In this document: positions 36,409-47,352 of the stretch, one piece after another | Position numbering within the stretch: position 1 is the first letter of the stretch | How the letters are laid out: every line of letters starts with the position of its first letter | Made by a program: the position numbers and the translations under genes | The notes under the pieces: model-generated | Database searches by the model: none | Told to the model about the DNA's origin: nothing | Seen by the model: only the letters and a program-made list of their open reading frames with translations | Virus record (IMG/VR): IMGVR_UViG_3300038415_000014 | Span: 1-64,000 of that record | Direction: 5' to 3' (one strand) | Source: a virus | Length of the DNA: 64,000 nucleotides

Positions 36409-39400
36409 CTACCCTTCGTTAGCTTCCATTCCAGAGTCGCCTGAAAAGGTAATCGATAGGGAGACCACAGGTGGATCAAACACCATCGAGACCTGGTCAT
36501 CCGAGAAGGCAGACAACAAATCAGACTTCCCCGAAGTTTTCTCTATGACTTCGAGTCTATTGTACAGAACACCATCTGGGATGATGAATCTAACTTTGAG
36601 TGATGGGACGTTCCCTAATGGTCCGAACCCAAAGCCATCGACCCCCATGGCTGCCCCACCAAAACCGGTAGCACTGTAGGGTGCAAAGGGCGGTATGGTC
36701 TTCTTGCGAACATCATAGGTCTGAGTAGAAGGAACTAAGGGGGTCCCATCATTCAACTTGGTGAAGGCATGAACATTGGGGTTATTGACGTATGCCTCCC
36801 AAAGATACGGGACCCCAGTTGAAGCCGACGAGTACTGAGTATGGTTGTGCGCCACCCGCCCCAAGAGGTGCTCAGGGGAGCTCATGACGTTACGCTGATT
36901 CGATACTTGGTGCGGGGGGACCGCCTTGACTTCAATTGGAGCCCGAGTGATCCCATACTGCAGGAAGGGCCATGCACTCTGAGACAAGTTGGTTGGGTCA
37001 AACGCTCCCCAGGTGATCGAAGGCAAGCCCCGATTGAATTGATTGGGAAGACCAACAGAACTAGAAGGCAGTGTCGTGTTGTTGTACTCAACCTGGATGA
37101 TAGGGGTCGTACTAGAGTCGACAAACAAGGCTATGAACCCAGCAGGATCTCTAAGTAGCTGGTAGGTATGATTCATCGCCCACTCGAACTGGGCTGGGAT
37201 TCGGTACTCAACTACGGTATGCCCAGGTTGCGGGAGCAAGTTGACAAAGGTGATCGTGTTGGTACTTACAGTGAATACCGAGTAAACCCCTCGATTGTCC
37301 CCGAAATCGATGATGAGGTCATCTCCGATTTGGACCCCAGCACCTATGAAGTCAGCCAACAAGTCTGTGAGTTGGTTGCCTGAGGTACGCGCCTGACCCT
37401 TCGCCTTGAGAGGCAGGTAGTACCCAAGGAGGCTGCTCTGGTCCACACCCTTCCAGATACCAACGTAGTGGCTAACTCCGGAGACCGGTTGAGCCCTCCA
37501 ACCATTTACGTAATGCCAATCAATCACTGAGAGTGCTTGACCGCTGCTGGCCGTCGAAGAGCCAAAGGAGAACGTAGGAACCGAGACTGGTGAAACCGTG
37601 GTAAACCCAGAGTAGGCAAAGGACCCAATGAGAACCCCATCGATGTATAGAATCACCAAGTCAGCTGCAGTATTCTTAGCAACTCGATAGATGTGGGTCT
37701 TTCCATCTGCCCAGTTGAAGGCAAAGGCTTGAAGTACTAGACCATCTGAGTGGAAAGCCACCTGCGGGTTTACAGGATCTCTCCTGAGCATGACCCCAAT
37801 GGTCTTAGTCCCATCATAGACATCCACTGTTGCCCCACAGAAGTAATCAGTTGGGTCAGGAGTCGAGGATACTACCTCACACTTGAACTCGAAGTAATAG
37901 TCGATTGAGACGTAAAAGATCCTGTTGAGCGATGAACTTGACTCAAGATCCTCGATAGCAAAGACACGTCCGTCAGTTAGGCTTGAGTCTTGGATCTGGA
38001 GAATCCGACCCACCATGACCGCAGGTTGGCCCCCAAGAGAGGTCCAAGGGCGAGGGGTGGCTTCTTGAGGCAAGGAGCGCCCTGGGTAGCTGACCTTCGG
38101 TTGTGGAGTGGTGGGGAAGAAGCAGACCTGGACCAGCCGGTTACCATCGTCCACGGCTGCCATGATGGCGTTCGGAGTGATCCCGTGGGTGAGCGTTCGT
38201 AATGTAACCTCAAAGTCCAGTACGGTATTGGTCGATGCACTCAGTAAAGGTTCAATCCTGGTGAACCCCTTGAAGTCACCGCCAACAAGACCCACTTCTT
38301 CCGAAGTCGCTAAGTCAGTCGCTGAAGTCGAATCCAGTACTAGGACCCCACCCACAAGAGTCTCGTTCCCATGATAGCCAACCGGTGTCCAAGGGTTGGT
38401 GGCGTTCTCCGGCAAGACCGTCGGAGTGTAGGACACGAACGAAGACGGAATGCTCTGCTGGGGGTTGGTGGGGAGTACTAGATAGTGAACGAAGTCCCAT
38501 ACACTGGTACTCGTTGCTCCTCTGCTCAAAGATCCAAAGAAAATATTCTGGATCTCGTTGAATGAGTCGTTCAGCTCTTCCAAGAACGGAAGCTGGGCCT
38601 CGGAGATTGATAGGCTAGGTACAACCTCACCATCGACATAGAAGTTGACCGTACCGCTTGTATCTCTGAATAGTCGATAGGAGTGGATCGTAGACCAATC
38701 AAAGTCAAAGGTTGTCCACCCAGAGATCTTGGATGGGTCATCCCCATTGCCTCGTAGGAGGAAGCCGATCTTGCGAGTGCTACCGTCCAACAAGTAACCT
38801 AGGATTACTGCTCGAATACTATCGGACCAGCCCGTGCAAACCCCAGTAAAGACTCCATCAGGGGTCGTGGCGGTTATCTTCAAGCGCCAGGTGGTGGCGT
38901 AGGCATGCGGGAAAGTCAGATCGATCCCACGACTCCAATAGAAGGGCTGACCCTCAGGGAATGGGCCTATCGTGTTACTGGTGATTGTGAGAAGGCCCCC
39001 ACTTACTGTAGCGGTACCAGTACCCTTGCGATCCCAAGGGGTGGTAGGATCCGATTCAGGTAGGGTATTGGCATCATAGGCTACTGATACCTGAGAGATC
39101 TGACGGGAGAGGGGTGGGAATGCAACCCTATTCTTCGGAGTGTTCAGCAACAACGAGGTTGGGTCATTCGAGAGCGAGGTGTAAGCCCTCTCGTAGGCGC
39201 GGTAGAACACCTCGCGTAGAAGAGGCTGAGGCTGAGGGGCTCGAATATCATCAATGGGGATTCTACTGAGAGCTCCATTTGTAGATTGGATTGCATTCCG
39301 ATAGGGGAATACCCTCTCACCAGTGACCCCAGTTGACCGGTTCCACCTATTCGAAACGAACTCTAACGAGTTGAGCCGTCTGAATTCAACCGCTGGGTCA

Positions 39401-40332
39401 TTGATCCACGAATAATCAATCGAGATACTAGAACCAGGCGCCGGAGGGGTTGCAAGAACAATCTGACCCAGTAGCCCTACCACATGATCAACAGCAACAG
39501 GGGTGCTATTAACTCGCACTACTACATCTGATGGGCTATCAGCGATGAACCCAGTGTTGGGGTTGATGATTGCCCAATAGTTAGTGGCGACATTATCAGT
39601 TGGATCGGAGGTGGGTGCTCTGAAACTAGCTTGAACCCTGGCTCGGGTTGGGTTGATGACTGCTAGGATCTTGTAATCACCACCATTTACCGAGTCTACC
39701 AGCACGTTCGAGGCTTTGAGCCTCAGGTACAAACCAACGTGATTTGAACTCAAGCTTGCGCCCGTGAGTACCACATCACTAGTAGTGACGTTTCCGAAGA
39801 ATCTTGTTGGGGTCGTCTGAACCGACCATTGGTTGCCTGTCTGTACGACAGCTTCAGGTTTTACTATCGGACCCTTATTCGTAAAGAGGGACCGATCCGT
39901 ATAGGGGATCTGGGCCAGGAATTGTGCTGTGTTCCCACTAAGCATCAGCGGGTCGAGATCACTAGCATGCACCCCAGTTACTATCACCGTGTAGGTACCA
40001 GCTATTACTCCAGACACATGCAGTGCTACAACCGTTGCATTGACCGTGAACACTTCAAGAACTGTTACAGCAGAGGGGCCAGTGACGGAGTAAGAAGCTG
40101 GGTCGAGGAGAACCGAATCGATCATCAAAGGCTTGTTGAAAGTGACTAGTAGAATGCTACTGCTAAGAAGGAACTCTGCAGAGGCTACTGAAAACCCAGA
40201 GGATATTGAATTAGCGATCAGGGCAGAAGTCCCATTGAACGTTATCGCTAGGTCAACAGCTGCGCTACCAGCCCCCAGTAGGATATTTCCTGGCTGGCTG
40301 TTAGAAGTTCCGAGTATTCCTGTAAAGGCCAT
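36409..40332 (-). CDS. Large structural protein, 1307 aa, with tandem ConA/LamG-like beta-sandwich repeats
   Basis: Repeats LP....PW...G....GG.L.I and H.YRL.RD..G.V..YVDG, three copies each; baseplate context. Confidence 0.75.
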   Translation of the reverse strand: MAFTGILGTSNSQPGNILLGAGSAAVDLAITFNGTSALIANSISSGFSVASAEFLLSSSILLVTFNKPLMIDSVLLDPASYSVTGPSAVTVLEVFTVNATVVALHVSGVIAGTYTVIVTGVHASDLDPLMLSGNTAQFLAQIPYTDRSLFTNKGPIVKPEAVVQTGNQWSVQTTPTRFFGNVTTSDVVLTGASLSSNHVGLYLRLKASNVLVDSVNGGDYKILAVINPTRARVQASFRAPTSDPTDNVATNYWAIINPNTGFIADSPSDVVVRVNSTPVAVDHVVGLLGQIVLATPPAPGSSISIDYSWINDPAVEFRRLNSLEFVSNRWNRSTGVTGERVFPYRNAIQSTNGALSRIPIDDIRAPQPQPLLREVFYRAYERAYTSLSNDPTSLLLNTPKNRVAFPPLSRQISQVSVAYDANTLPESDPTTPWDRKGTGTATVSGGLLTITSNTIGPFPEGQPFYWSRGIDLTFPHAYATTWRLKITATTPDGVFTGVCTGWSDSIRAVILGYLLDGSTRKIGFLLRGNGDDPSKISGWTTFDFDWSTIHSYRLFRDTSGTVNFYVDGEVVPSLSISEAQLPFLEELNDSFNEIQNIFFGSLSRGATSTSVWDFVHYLVLPTNPQQSIPSSFVSYTPTVLPENATNPWTPVGYHGNETLVGGVLVLDSTSATDLATSEEVGLVGGDFKGFTRIEPLLSASTNTVLDFEVTLRTLTHGITPNAIMAAVDDGNRLVQVCFFPTTPQPKVSYPGRSLPQEATPRPWTSLGGQPAVMVGRILQIQDSSLTDGRVFAIEDLESSSSLNRIFYVSIDYYFEFKCEVVSSTPDPTDYFCGATVDVYDGTKTIGVMLRRDPVNPQVAFHSDGLVLQAFAFNWADGKTHIYRVAKNTAADLVILYIDGVLIGSFAYSGFTTVSPVSVPTFSFGSSTASSGQALSVIDWHYVNGWRAQPVSGVSHYVGIWKGVDQSSLLGYYLPLKAKGQARTSGNQLTDLLADFIGAGVQIGDDLIIDFGDNRGVYSVFTVSTNTITFVNLLPQPGHTVVEYRIPAQFEWAMNHTYQLLRDPAGFIALFVDSSTTPIIQVEYNNTTLPSSSVGLPNQFNRGLPSITWGAFDPTNLSQSAWPFLQYGITRAPIEVKAVPPHQVSNQRNVMSSPEHLLGRVAHNHTQYSSASTGVPYLWEAYVNNPNVHAFTKLNDGTPLVPSTQTYDVRKKTIPPFAPYSATGFGGAAMGVDGFGFGPLGNVPSLKVRFIIPDGVLYNRLEVIEKTSGKSDLLSAFSDDQVSMVFDPPVVSLSITFSGDSGMEANEG

Positions 40333-40339
40333 CAGATCC

Positions 40340-41152
40340 TCAGAAGTCCCCAGTGTGGTCTTCGCCTATGACAAGTTGATTGACCTTACGACCCATTCGG
40401 TCTTGGTCTAGTAACCCATGCTCATACACCCTGAAGTCCTCGTAGTAGTAACTCGATAGGCTGCTTCTTGATGCATCCAAGATCCCCAACCCACCATTCG
40501 GGTTGTATTGATCCGTGAATATGTACCTGATCTTGAACAGAGTGTGCGCGGGACGTATGATGTTCAGAATTAGACGAACATTAGCCTCAAGAGTGAAGGT
40601 ATCCGTGGGGAACCCAGTCGCTGTATCCGTGACATCTATTTGGAACCCAAACTCATCAGAGATATCGAGCCCTGAGTTGGGCATCCGAGCTTGTAGGAAA
40701 TCCTCAGTGAAGGTCAGGGCTCCTGTAAAGAAGAGCTGAACTCCCTGGATCATTGCCTTTGGAATCGAACCCTCGAAGTAGATCCCAATCACACTGAGGA
40801 GAAATTGTCTGAACTGCTCATCATCATAGTCAGTCGTCGGCAACTGGCCATTCATGAAGACCATGTAGCCAATCAAAGTGTATAGGAAATCAGTGCGAGT
40901 TGTCTCAAAGTCTATGTCGAATTTGACATCTTCGAGTGCTAGCTCCAACCGAGACAACTCCAGAGCCACCGCTTTAATTTCGACTGAATATGCTGGGCCT
41001 TCGATTGTGCTGATATAATTACTCGGGAGTAAGTCAAGTAAGTTCTTGAATATGCTCTGAGTCCTCTGGATCAGGCGTAAGTTGTATTCCTTCCCAGATT
41101 GGGGTATCGTGTGATTCAATCGATCTGGGTCGTTTACGAATCGATCAGCCAT
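40340..41152 (-). CDS. Baseplate wedge protein, P2 gpI-like
   Basis: Follows baseplate J; helical N-terminal half and C-terminal IIRPAHTLFKIRY motif. Confidence 0.75.
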   Translation of the reverse strand: MADRFVNDPDRLNHTIPQSGKEYNLRLIQRTQSIFKNLLDLLPSNYISTIEGPAYSVEIKAVALELSRLELALEDVKFDIDFETTRTDFLYTLIGYMVFMNGQLPTTDYDDEQFRQFLLSVIGIYFEGSIPKAMIQGVQLFFTGALTFTEDFLQARMPNSGLDISDEFGFQIDVTDTATGFPTDTFTLEANVRLILNIIRPAHTLFKIRYIFTDQYNPNGGLGILDASRSSLSSYYYEDFRVYEHGLLDQDRMGRKVNQLVIGEDHTGDF

Positions 41153-42002
41153 TGGCCCTTCTCTCCCTGAGTCTAAGGATAATCAAAGAACGAGATATGC
41201 CCAACTCCTTTGCTACTTGTTCTTGAGTCTTACTGCTCAGGAGGTCGAGAATTTGATCTGTTGTAACGCGACTTGGCTTTACAGGCGCCAACGGGTTCCC
41301 GAGTCTTCTTGCTAACTCAACCCTTCTATTTACAAGTCTCACAGAAATTCCCAACTCATCAGCAACCTGAGCTCTAGGTATTCCACTATTTATCCTACTT
41401 AGAATGTAGTCAGTTGAAAGGTCGTGTCTGTAATTAGGGTGCTTGGACCCAGCGAATAAATCCTTACGAGATTCGCTCATTCTTTTCCTAGCCTCAAGTG
41501 ACGGGCGAATCCCCTTATGGCATTCGATGTACTTGAGGATAGTCTCTTGAGAGTGCTTGTAACCCTTGAGCTTAGATGGTCTTCCCTTATTGGCTCTAGA
41601 TATCTTGGAGCGAGATTCTGCACTCACTGCATGACCAGTCATCTTAACACGCATTTTTAGCTTAGTCTCAGGTGATACCTTGTACCCACTTCTACCCCCA
41701 CCACCTTCAACGATATTCGTGAGCAAAGCCCCCTGTTCTCTAGATTCTTGAATCAAACGAACCTCAAGTCGATCAAGCTCCTCGCGAGTATAAGCCTCAC
41801 CTAACTGTCGAACACTAGGTTCCAAGTTTAGACTCAGCAAGATCCGTAACCATCGTGTGACGTATCTTGAATCTTTGAGGTTGTGGGGGTTAAGGTGCGC
41901 CTGAAGTCGAACCTTTAGCATTCTGACGGTTTGACCAATATACCTAAGAGCCCCATCTCTCGGGTCGTATAGTCCGTAAACTATGCCGAACCTGTCAGCC
42001 AT
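41145..42002 (-). mobile_element. GIY-YIG homing endonuclease with NUMOD3-like repeats and two C-terminal HTHs
   Basis: GIVYGLYDPRDGALRYIGQT..R...H, LDRLE...I, LTNIVEGGGG; SPETKLKM / SAESRSKIS / SLEARKRMS; QVADELGIS / QVAKELGIS. Confidence 0.92.
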
Positions 42003-45000
42003 TACGAAGCCCCTGCTGCTAGTGAGTAAGTAATCGTGAAGTTGCCCAGGGTGATGAACTCGACGCTCGTCGCCGGGATATCATGGGAGCCGGAGTCCCC
42101 ACGGATAACATAGGACACCGTGTAGGTGTGATCTGTTGGCAGATCTTGGATAATCCCGAATCCAGCAATCGAGATGACAACGTGGTTCGCAGTCCTTCTT
42201 AGGAGTTCTGCTTGTTGTGCTGCTGCGGTAGTAAATCCAGCAGCAACCAAGGTCGCTGTGTCCGTGTAGCCATTGATGACAGCTCCGCCGGAGCCAATGA
42301 TGAAGGCTTGATCAGCAGCTAATGCCACGTTAGCAAGAACACTCACCAAGGCCATGGCCTCATCGTCTTGGAAGACCCCCTTGTGCTCCGTAACCAGCCC
42401 GCCACCATCCGTCGTCGGGAAGGCTAAGGGGTTGGTCAGTAGGTAAGCAACGTTGCTCCCATGGTCCAAAGAACTCAGGTGCAAGTAAGCCGACGTGAGA
42501 GCTTCACGAAGCTTCCTGGACCCATCCGCATAGGCCATCCGAGCCAAAGGAACAACTGGGAAGTCAACACCCTGAGACTCATCAATTGCATGGATGACAT
42601 CACCTTGGGCAAGCCCGCGCCCAATGAGCCTCTGATCAGTTTCGAGGCTGGTATTGGTCCTGATATCAGGATCTGCCTTGTCCTTCGTAGCCCCAGGAAG
42701 AAGCTGTACGGTTGTCTCAAGGACAATTGAGTTCTCAATGGACTGCTTGATGACCACATCGGCTGTCGTGTGGCGCTTGCTATTCACCGTCCGTTGAAGC
42801 TGCTGCAGTAGGTCATTGATGACATAGTTGACCGTGAAGTTCTCGTCGTGCGAATAGTCCACAGATACTGTTGCCCCATTGACAATAGCTGAAGTAGAGG
42901 TACGGATGATCTTGGCTGGCGTAGTTGCCCCACCCTCAACAACCTCATAATCCGGAATAGTCGCATCAGGACCGTTGAACTCAATGGTCCTGTCCTCGCT
43001 GAATACTCGGATGCTCTTAGTGTTGATGCCGATGCTCCCGAGAGGCTCAGGTTGAGCACCAATCAAAACATGAGTTTCGTCGTTGACCTGGATACTAGCA
43101 CCAGAAGGGATACCACCAACTTGATTGATAGATAGGTAATCTGTGGAGATTGTGCTCTCCCCTTCGAGCAAAGGATCCGCCGTCTTGTAAAGGTTGTACC
43201 CAAGAGTGCTATTCAAGGCCCCAGATACCTCACCCACTACAGAGACTACTCGTCGTACAGGTTGGAAAGTGAACGTGAACTGGTTGACGCTGCGGAATCG
43301 ATAGTCAGCTGTCACCACATCATCAAAGTTCGTTACTACCTGACCTGGTAAGCTCGCATTGACTTGGAATGTCTGGTAATCCAGGATAGTCACCCCAGTC
43401 AGCAAGTAGTCCAAGCCCTGAGTGACATTCCGTACACCAAAACCAAGAGTGAGGTTATCCAAAATCTCGGTAATGGGTGTAGTTTGCGTGACCCTGCTGT
43501 CTTCTACTCGGAAGATGAGATTGACTGCATCTAGGATGATGCAGCTAATGTTCTGGGCAATGTCATAGGTGAACGCGAATCTCTCGGATACCTGACGTTC
43601 TTGAGTCCCTTGGATCCAGATATCGACTTTGCCACCAATGTGCTTGTGTCGAACCTCGTCGTAGTCACGCATCATCAAGTCGTCGCCGCTCTTGACGATC
43701 TTGGACTTCACAATTCCAACCTGCTCTGCGGACGTAGAGGCATACCCACCAGCAGTCCCCGTATCTACGGAGTACCCAAGCAAGCAACGAGTAGCCAAGT
43801 CCGAGTTACTCTCACGGTCGGACCCAAAAACTGTAGCATCTCGATTGACTACCTGGAAACCAGAGACACCTTGAACATTGGTGATCTGCCCCGCGGGTCT
43901 GTTGCCATCTGAGCCAACCTGCTCTGCGACGATGTCTACTGTGATCTCGTACTGCTTGGTATCGAAGTTGTAGTAGGTGTCCGCGATAGCGGATTGCATC
44001 ACGTATGATCCACCAACTCTGAACCTTACTGAGGGGATACCAAGAGACGAATCAGCACTTGTAGATACAATCGTCCCACTGGGTACGGGCTTATCGAAGG
44101 ATGGCCGAGCTGTAGTGTAGAATACCTCTTGTCCGAAAGCTGGTCGACCTGGCAAGCGGGTCTTATTGATGTTCCCAGCTAGCTTATCAAAGGCGGCATC
44201 AATGAGGCTCTGAACCGCGTCGTTCGTGGTGTACCCAAGAGCAGCCTTGAGCGCTGTCTTGTATGCGCTTCCGTCTACTGGGTCTGATACTCCGTCTCCG
44301 TTAGCATCATCGATCTGAAGAAGAGTCGGAAAGCTCTGAGTCCTATTGACGAAGTCTACTAGGAAGTATATACGCTCAGCTTCTGAGCTAAATGGATCAA
44401 TCGAGACGTCCCTTGTGGTGGACCCAGGAAGGAGGCCTATCTCAGTGTTAACCCGTTGGATGGCGCTGACATAGTCTGTGACCACCTGAAACTGAGTTCG
44501 ACCAGGCAATGAACGGATTGAGGTGTCAATGATTAGAGGTGAACCGAGAACTTCTTGAGAGAAAGCGCTCTCGACCTCTGAACTTGTCAGAGGATCATAG
44601 TACACTCCAGTCACGACGTAGTAGAGCGGATCAGTATCAGCTACCCCAGCCCATTGGTCATCGTTGATGCTGTCCACGCTACCTGATCGAACATGGTCGA
44701 ACTCGATGAACTCAGTTAGAGAGTAATCCTCGAAGCTAGAGGTGAAGCGGATCTTGTTACTGTAGACCGACGTGTTGTAGGTGCTACTCATCTTAGTCGC
44801 AAGGGTGTTTCCAAACTCATCCTTGCTTACTACGTTAACTTGAAGGAACTCGTCACCCGCATCGAAGATAGTCTGGTCTGCTGCAAACTGAGTGGCATTT
44901 TCCTCGAAGATGGTGGACTTTGCAGAGACTGTGGTAGCGTTGATCTTGTAATACCCAGTTGTACCACCCGCTGCTGTCGAGGCGTAAAAGTTGAACCCTA

Positions 45001-45457
45001 CGAAGTTGGTCGGAAGTGGGACTCCAGCGGTACTGAAGCGTTGAACTGGGAGGGCAGACAGGATTCGAACTGACCCCCGAAGTCTCCTCATTCTGATCCC
45101 AGATGGGGTTTCCACCTGAAGGATATCAGACTGACTGATGAGGGTCACAGAAACCGTTGACGGGACACTAACCCCACCCACGATGTCAATGGTGCGAATC
45201 TGGATTGTGTTAGCACCAGGGCTAAGCGCCAACCCATCTGGGTAGCTGCTCAGATTTGGGATAGTGAAGTTTGGGAGGTTGAAGTCAACGAGAGTCGAGT
45301 CCGAGACAAAGGCAGCACCGTTGATCGACACCTGAATGTCAGAGGTTGAGCTATCAACTGTACCTTGAATCACAATCGATTCTTGGTTTGTCGTGAAAAC
45401 AAGGTTCGTAGTGTAACCAGAACCATCCCTGAGCAAGATCTGTGGTGCGGTAGCCAT
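42002..45457 (-). CDS. Baseplate J-like wedge protein, 1151 aa
   Basis: LLPGSTTRDVSIDP, FDKLAGNINKTRLPG, GSDRESNSDLATR, IGGKVDIWI; lies between the gp25-like and gpI-like genes. Confidence 0.85.
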   Translation of the reverse strand: MATAPQILLRDGSGYTTNLVFTTNQESIVIQGTVDSSTSDIQVSINGAAFVSDSTLVDFNLPNFTIPNLSSYPDGLALSPGANTIQIRTIDIVGGVSVPSTVSVTLISQSDILQVETPSGIRMRRLRGSVRILSALPVQRFSTAGVPLPTNFVGFNFYASTAAGGTTGYYKINATTVSAKSTIFEENATQFAADQTIFDAGDEFLQVNVVSKDEFGNTLATKMSSTYNTSVYSNKIRFTSSFEDYSLTEFIEFDHVRSGSVDSINDDQWAGVADTDPLYYVVTGVYYDPLTSSEVESAFSQEVLGSPLIIDTSIRSLPGRTQFQVVTDYVSAIQRVNTEIGLLPGSTTRDVSIDPFSSEAERIYFLVDFVNRTQSFPTLLQIDDANGDGVSDPVDGSAYKTALKAALGYTTNDAVQSLIDAAFDKLAGNINKTRLPGRPAFGQEVFYTTARPSFDKPVPSGTIVSTSADSSLGIPSVRFRVGGSYVMQSAIADTYYNFDTKQYEITVDIVAEQVGSDGNRPAGQITNVQGVSGFQVVNRDATVFGSDRESNSDLATRCLLGYSVDTGTAGGYASTSAEQVGIVKSKIVKSGDDLMMRDYDEVRHKHIGGKVDIWIQGTQERQVSERFAFTYDIAQNISCIILDAVNLIFRVEDSRVTQTTPITEILDNLTLGFGVRNVTQGLDYLLTGVTILDYQTFQVNASLPGQVVTNFDDVVTADYRFRSVNQFTFTFQPVRRVVSVVGEVSGALNSTLGYNLYKTADPLLEGESTISTDYLSINQVGGIPSGASIQVNDETHVLIGAQPEPLGSIGINTKSIRVFSEDRTIEFNGPDATIPDYEVVEGGATTPAKIIRTSTSAIVNGATVSVDYSHDENFTVNYVINDLLQQLQRTVNSKRHTTADVVIKQSIENSIVLETTVQLLPGATKDKADPDIRTNTSLETDQRLIGRGLAQGDVIHAIDESQGVDFPVVPLARMAYADGSRKLREALTSAYLHLSSLDHGSNVAYLLTNPLAFPTTDGGGLVTEHKGVFQDDEAMALVSVLANVALAADQAFIIGSGGAVINGYTDTATLVAAGFTTAAAQQAELLRRTANHVVISIAGFGIIQDLPTDHTYTVSYVIRGDSGSHDIPATSVEFITLGNFTITYSLAAGAS

Positions 45458-45465
45458 ACTACGCC

Positions 45466-46602
45466 TTATTGAATCAATGAGTAGTTTTGCAAGTTGCTAA
45501 CGATCTCTTGTTGCTGTGTCGCCCCTAGCAGGTTATTTGGGTATGGGAGCCGCAACCCACGTGTCAATTGAATTGGTTTCAGGGATCTATTTGCAACGGT
45601 AACTGTGATGAATAGAACGGTAGGGTCATTCTGACTCTGCTCCAAGGTCACCCCTTGCAGCTGGAATGGGAACTCCTCATCAGAAACAGCTTGACCTACG
45701 GTCTCTTCCTGCTGCTTCTTGATGGATTGCCATCGCCCAAAGGCAGTGTAGATGTCAGATGTGATCCTATTCTGAAGGATTCCGCCTACTACAAGCTTCT
45801 CTCCAATTTGGTCTATGATTCTAGTACCGTACCAAGTATGAAATGAGTTAGTCCCTGCAACAGTGTAGATGATCTTCTGCACCTCTTGGATCAGAAGGAT
45901 CTCATCTCTGACTTGGATTACCTCACCAGTAACCCCATAGACCCAATCGTTTTCTATGCCAAGACCGCCGCACCTACGACACTCCTCACGGATTGTCGTG
46001 TAGTTAACCTCTAGATAGTTGAGATCGGCCCTGAGGGGCTCATCGAATACAATCTGACGAAGTGGGCGATCTGATAGAGTCCCGGGCTTGTTGACTAATG
46101 CCCATCCAGGGAACACGTTCTTGCCACTAAAGTGGCGGTTGACTGGGATTCCAAGTAGAGTAGCGAGGGTACTGACAGAATCAATGAAGACAGTGGCAGT
46201 TGGGCCCAGCAGATTGCTCCGAAAGAGCATCTTGTTGTTGTCAGTATAGAATTGGACCCCATTCACTCTTGTATTGATCAACAAGGCTAGCTGATCTGGT
46301 TGGATCCGATACCCACTTGGGATCCTGACATCTTGCCAAGGATCATTACCAACTTTTAGCCTCAGCCTGTCATTGACCCCAGTAGTGAGGGTGAACGGGC
46401 CTGAGCGAGATCCACCTGACTGCGCGGGAGTTTGAACCCCATAGGACGGGACCTCTGCAACCCCATTGGCTCGAACTATCACCGAGCTGAGGGATGCTAT
46501 CGGCCGCAAAGGGGTGGCTATCTGCCTGTCCCCTTGCATGAGCAGGTATTCCTCAGCTACCAGGTGAGTACACACTTGTTCTAGCTGACGATCATAACTC
46601 AT
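45466..46602 (-). CDS. Baseplate wedge protein with C-terminal gp25/GPW-like domain
   Basis: LLIQEVQKIIYT..G.NSFHTWYGT.I...IG and DPTVLFITVTVANRS. Confidence 0.8.
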   Translation of the reverse strand: MSYDRQLEQVCTHLVAEEYLLMQGDRQIATPLRPIASLSSVIVRANGVAEVPSYGVQTPAQSGGSRSGPFTLTTGVNDRLRLKVGNDPWQDVRIPSGYRIQPDQLALLINTRVNGVQFYTDNNKMLFRSNLLGPTATVFIDSVSTLATLLGIPVNRHFSGKNVFPGWALVNKPGTLSDRPLRQIVFDEPLRADLNYLEVNYTTIREECRRCGGLGIENDWVYGVTGEVIQVRDEILLIQEVQKIIYTVAGTNSFHTWYGTRIIDQIGEKLVVGGILQNRITSDIYTAFGRWQSIKKQQEETVGQAVSDEEFPFQLQGVTLEQSQNDPTVLFITVTVANRSLKPIQLTRGLRLPYPNNLLGATQQQEIVSNLQNYSLIQ

Positions 46603-47348
46603 GAGCTCGACCCTCCACCTGAAGCGGTATACCCATCCGAGCCACGCTCAATCGCTGGACCATCTTGTGGAGCGCGGGTCCCACCCTGGTCGTACGACGA
46701 CATAGGAGCATAAGTGTACTTACCAAATGGGTCTTGCCCCTTGTCATCAGCGATTGCACGGTAACTAGGATCAATGAACAACTGGTTTACCAATGCTATG
46801 AGATTCTCAAGTGAGCCGTCGACATCGACTGACTTTTTGATGGTCTTGAGTTCGTTGATCTCGTCTTGTAGCTGGTCTGAGTAGTCGATCGCTCGTCGAA
46901 TCTTGCGCTCAAGTTTTTCGAGTCTGTCTAGGTTCCCCTCCGTCCAAGACCTCATCGAACGAACCGCATTCCCCGAGTCACCATCGGATAACCCTGGAAG
47001 CGGTAAGGGCTCACCGTTGGAAAGTATCTTAGAGGTAGCTGTCTCGGAACCCTTCAAGTAGTATACTGGCTGATTGAAGGACCTGACTTGAAGATCGTAG
47101 AATGGGTCCCCCCCTAACACTTCATACGCAGCTACCAATTTGCCTATAAAAGTTATGATTCCAGGTGACCCAGTCGATAGAGAGGTAGGCCTACCACCAG
47201 AGTCGTAATCAAATTTAAGGAATCCAATCCTTTGCTGCTCAATAGTGAGATGCTTGATCCTAGAATCAATATAAACAAGCTGGCTTCTAACATAAGCTAC
47301 GAAGCGAGTGAACTGTGACTTGTTAAATGTACCCAAGAAGTCCATCAT
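46599..47348 (-). CDS. Hypothetical virion protein, about 249 aa, coiled-coil
   Basis: ATG at 47348 (MMDFLGTF) just after the endonuclease stop; the track's extension to 47477 overlaps the endonuclease. Confidence 0.75.
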   Translation of the reverse strand: MMDFLGTFNKSQFTRFVAYVRSQLVYIDSRIKHLTIEQQRIGFLKFDYDSGGRPTSLSTGSPGIITFIGKLVAAYEVLGGDPFYDLQVRSFNQPVYYLKGSETATSKILSNGEPLPLPGLSDGDSGNAVRSMRSWTEGNLDRLEKLERKIRRAIDYSDQLQDEINELKTIKKSVDVDGSLENLIALVNQLFIDPSYRAIADDKGQDPFGKYTYAPMSSYDQGGTRAPQDGPAIERGSDGYTASGGGSSS

Positions 47349-47352
47349 GGTT

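Noticed and set aside
45055-45080. GGATTCGAAC, a T-loop-like sequence suggesting a tRNA
   Set aside because: It lies inside the baseplate J coding sequence and no cloverleaf can be built; no tRNA was recognised anywhere in the window.
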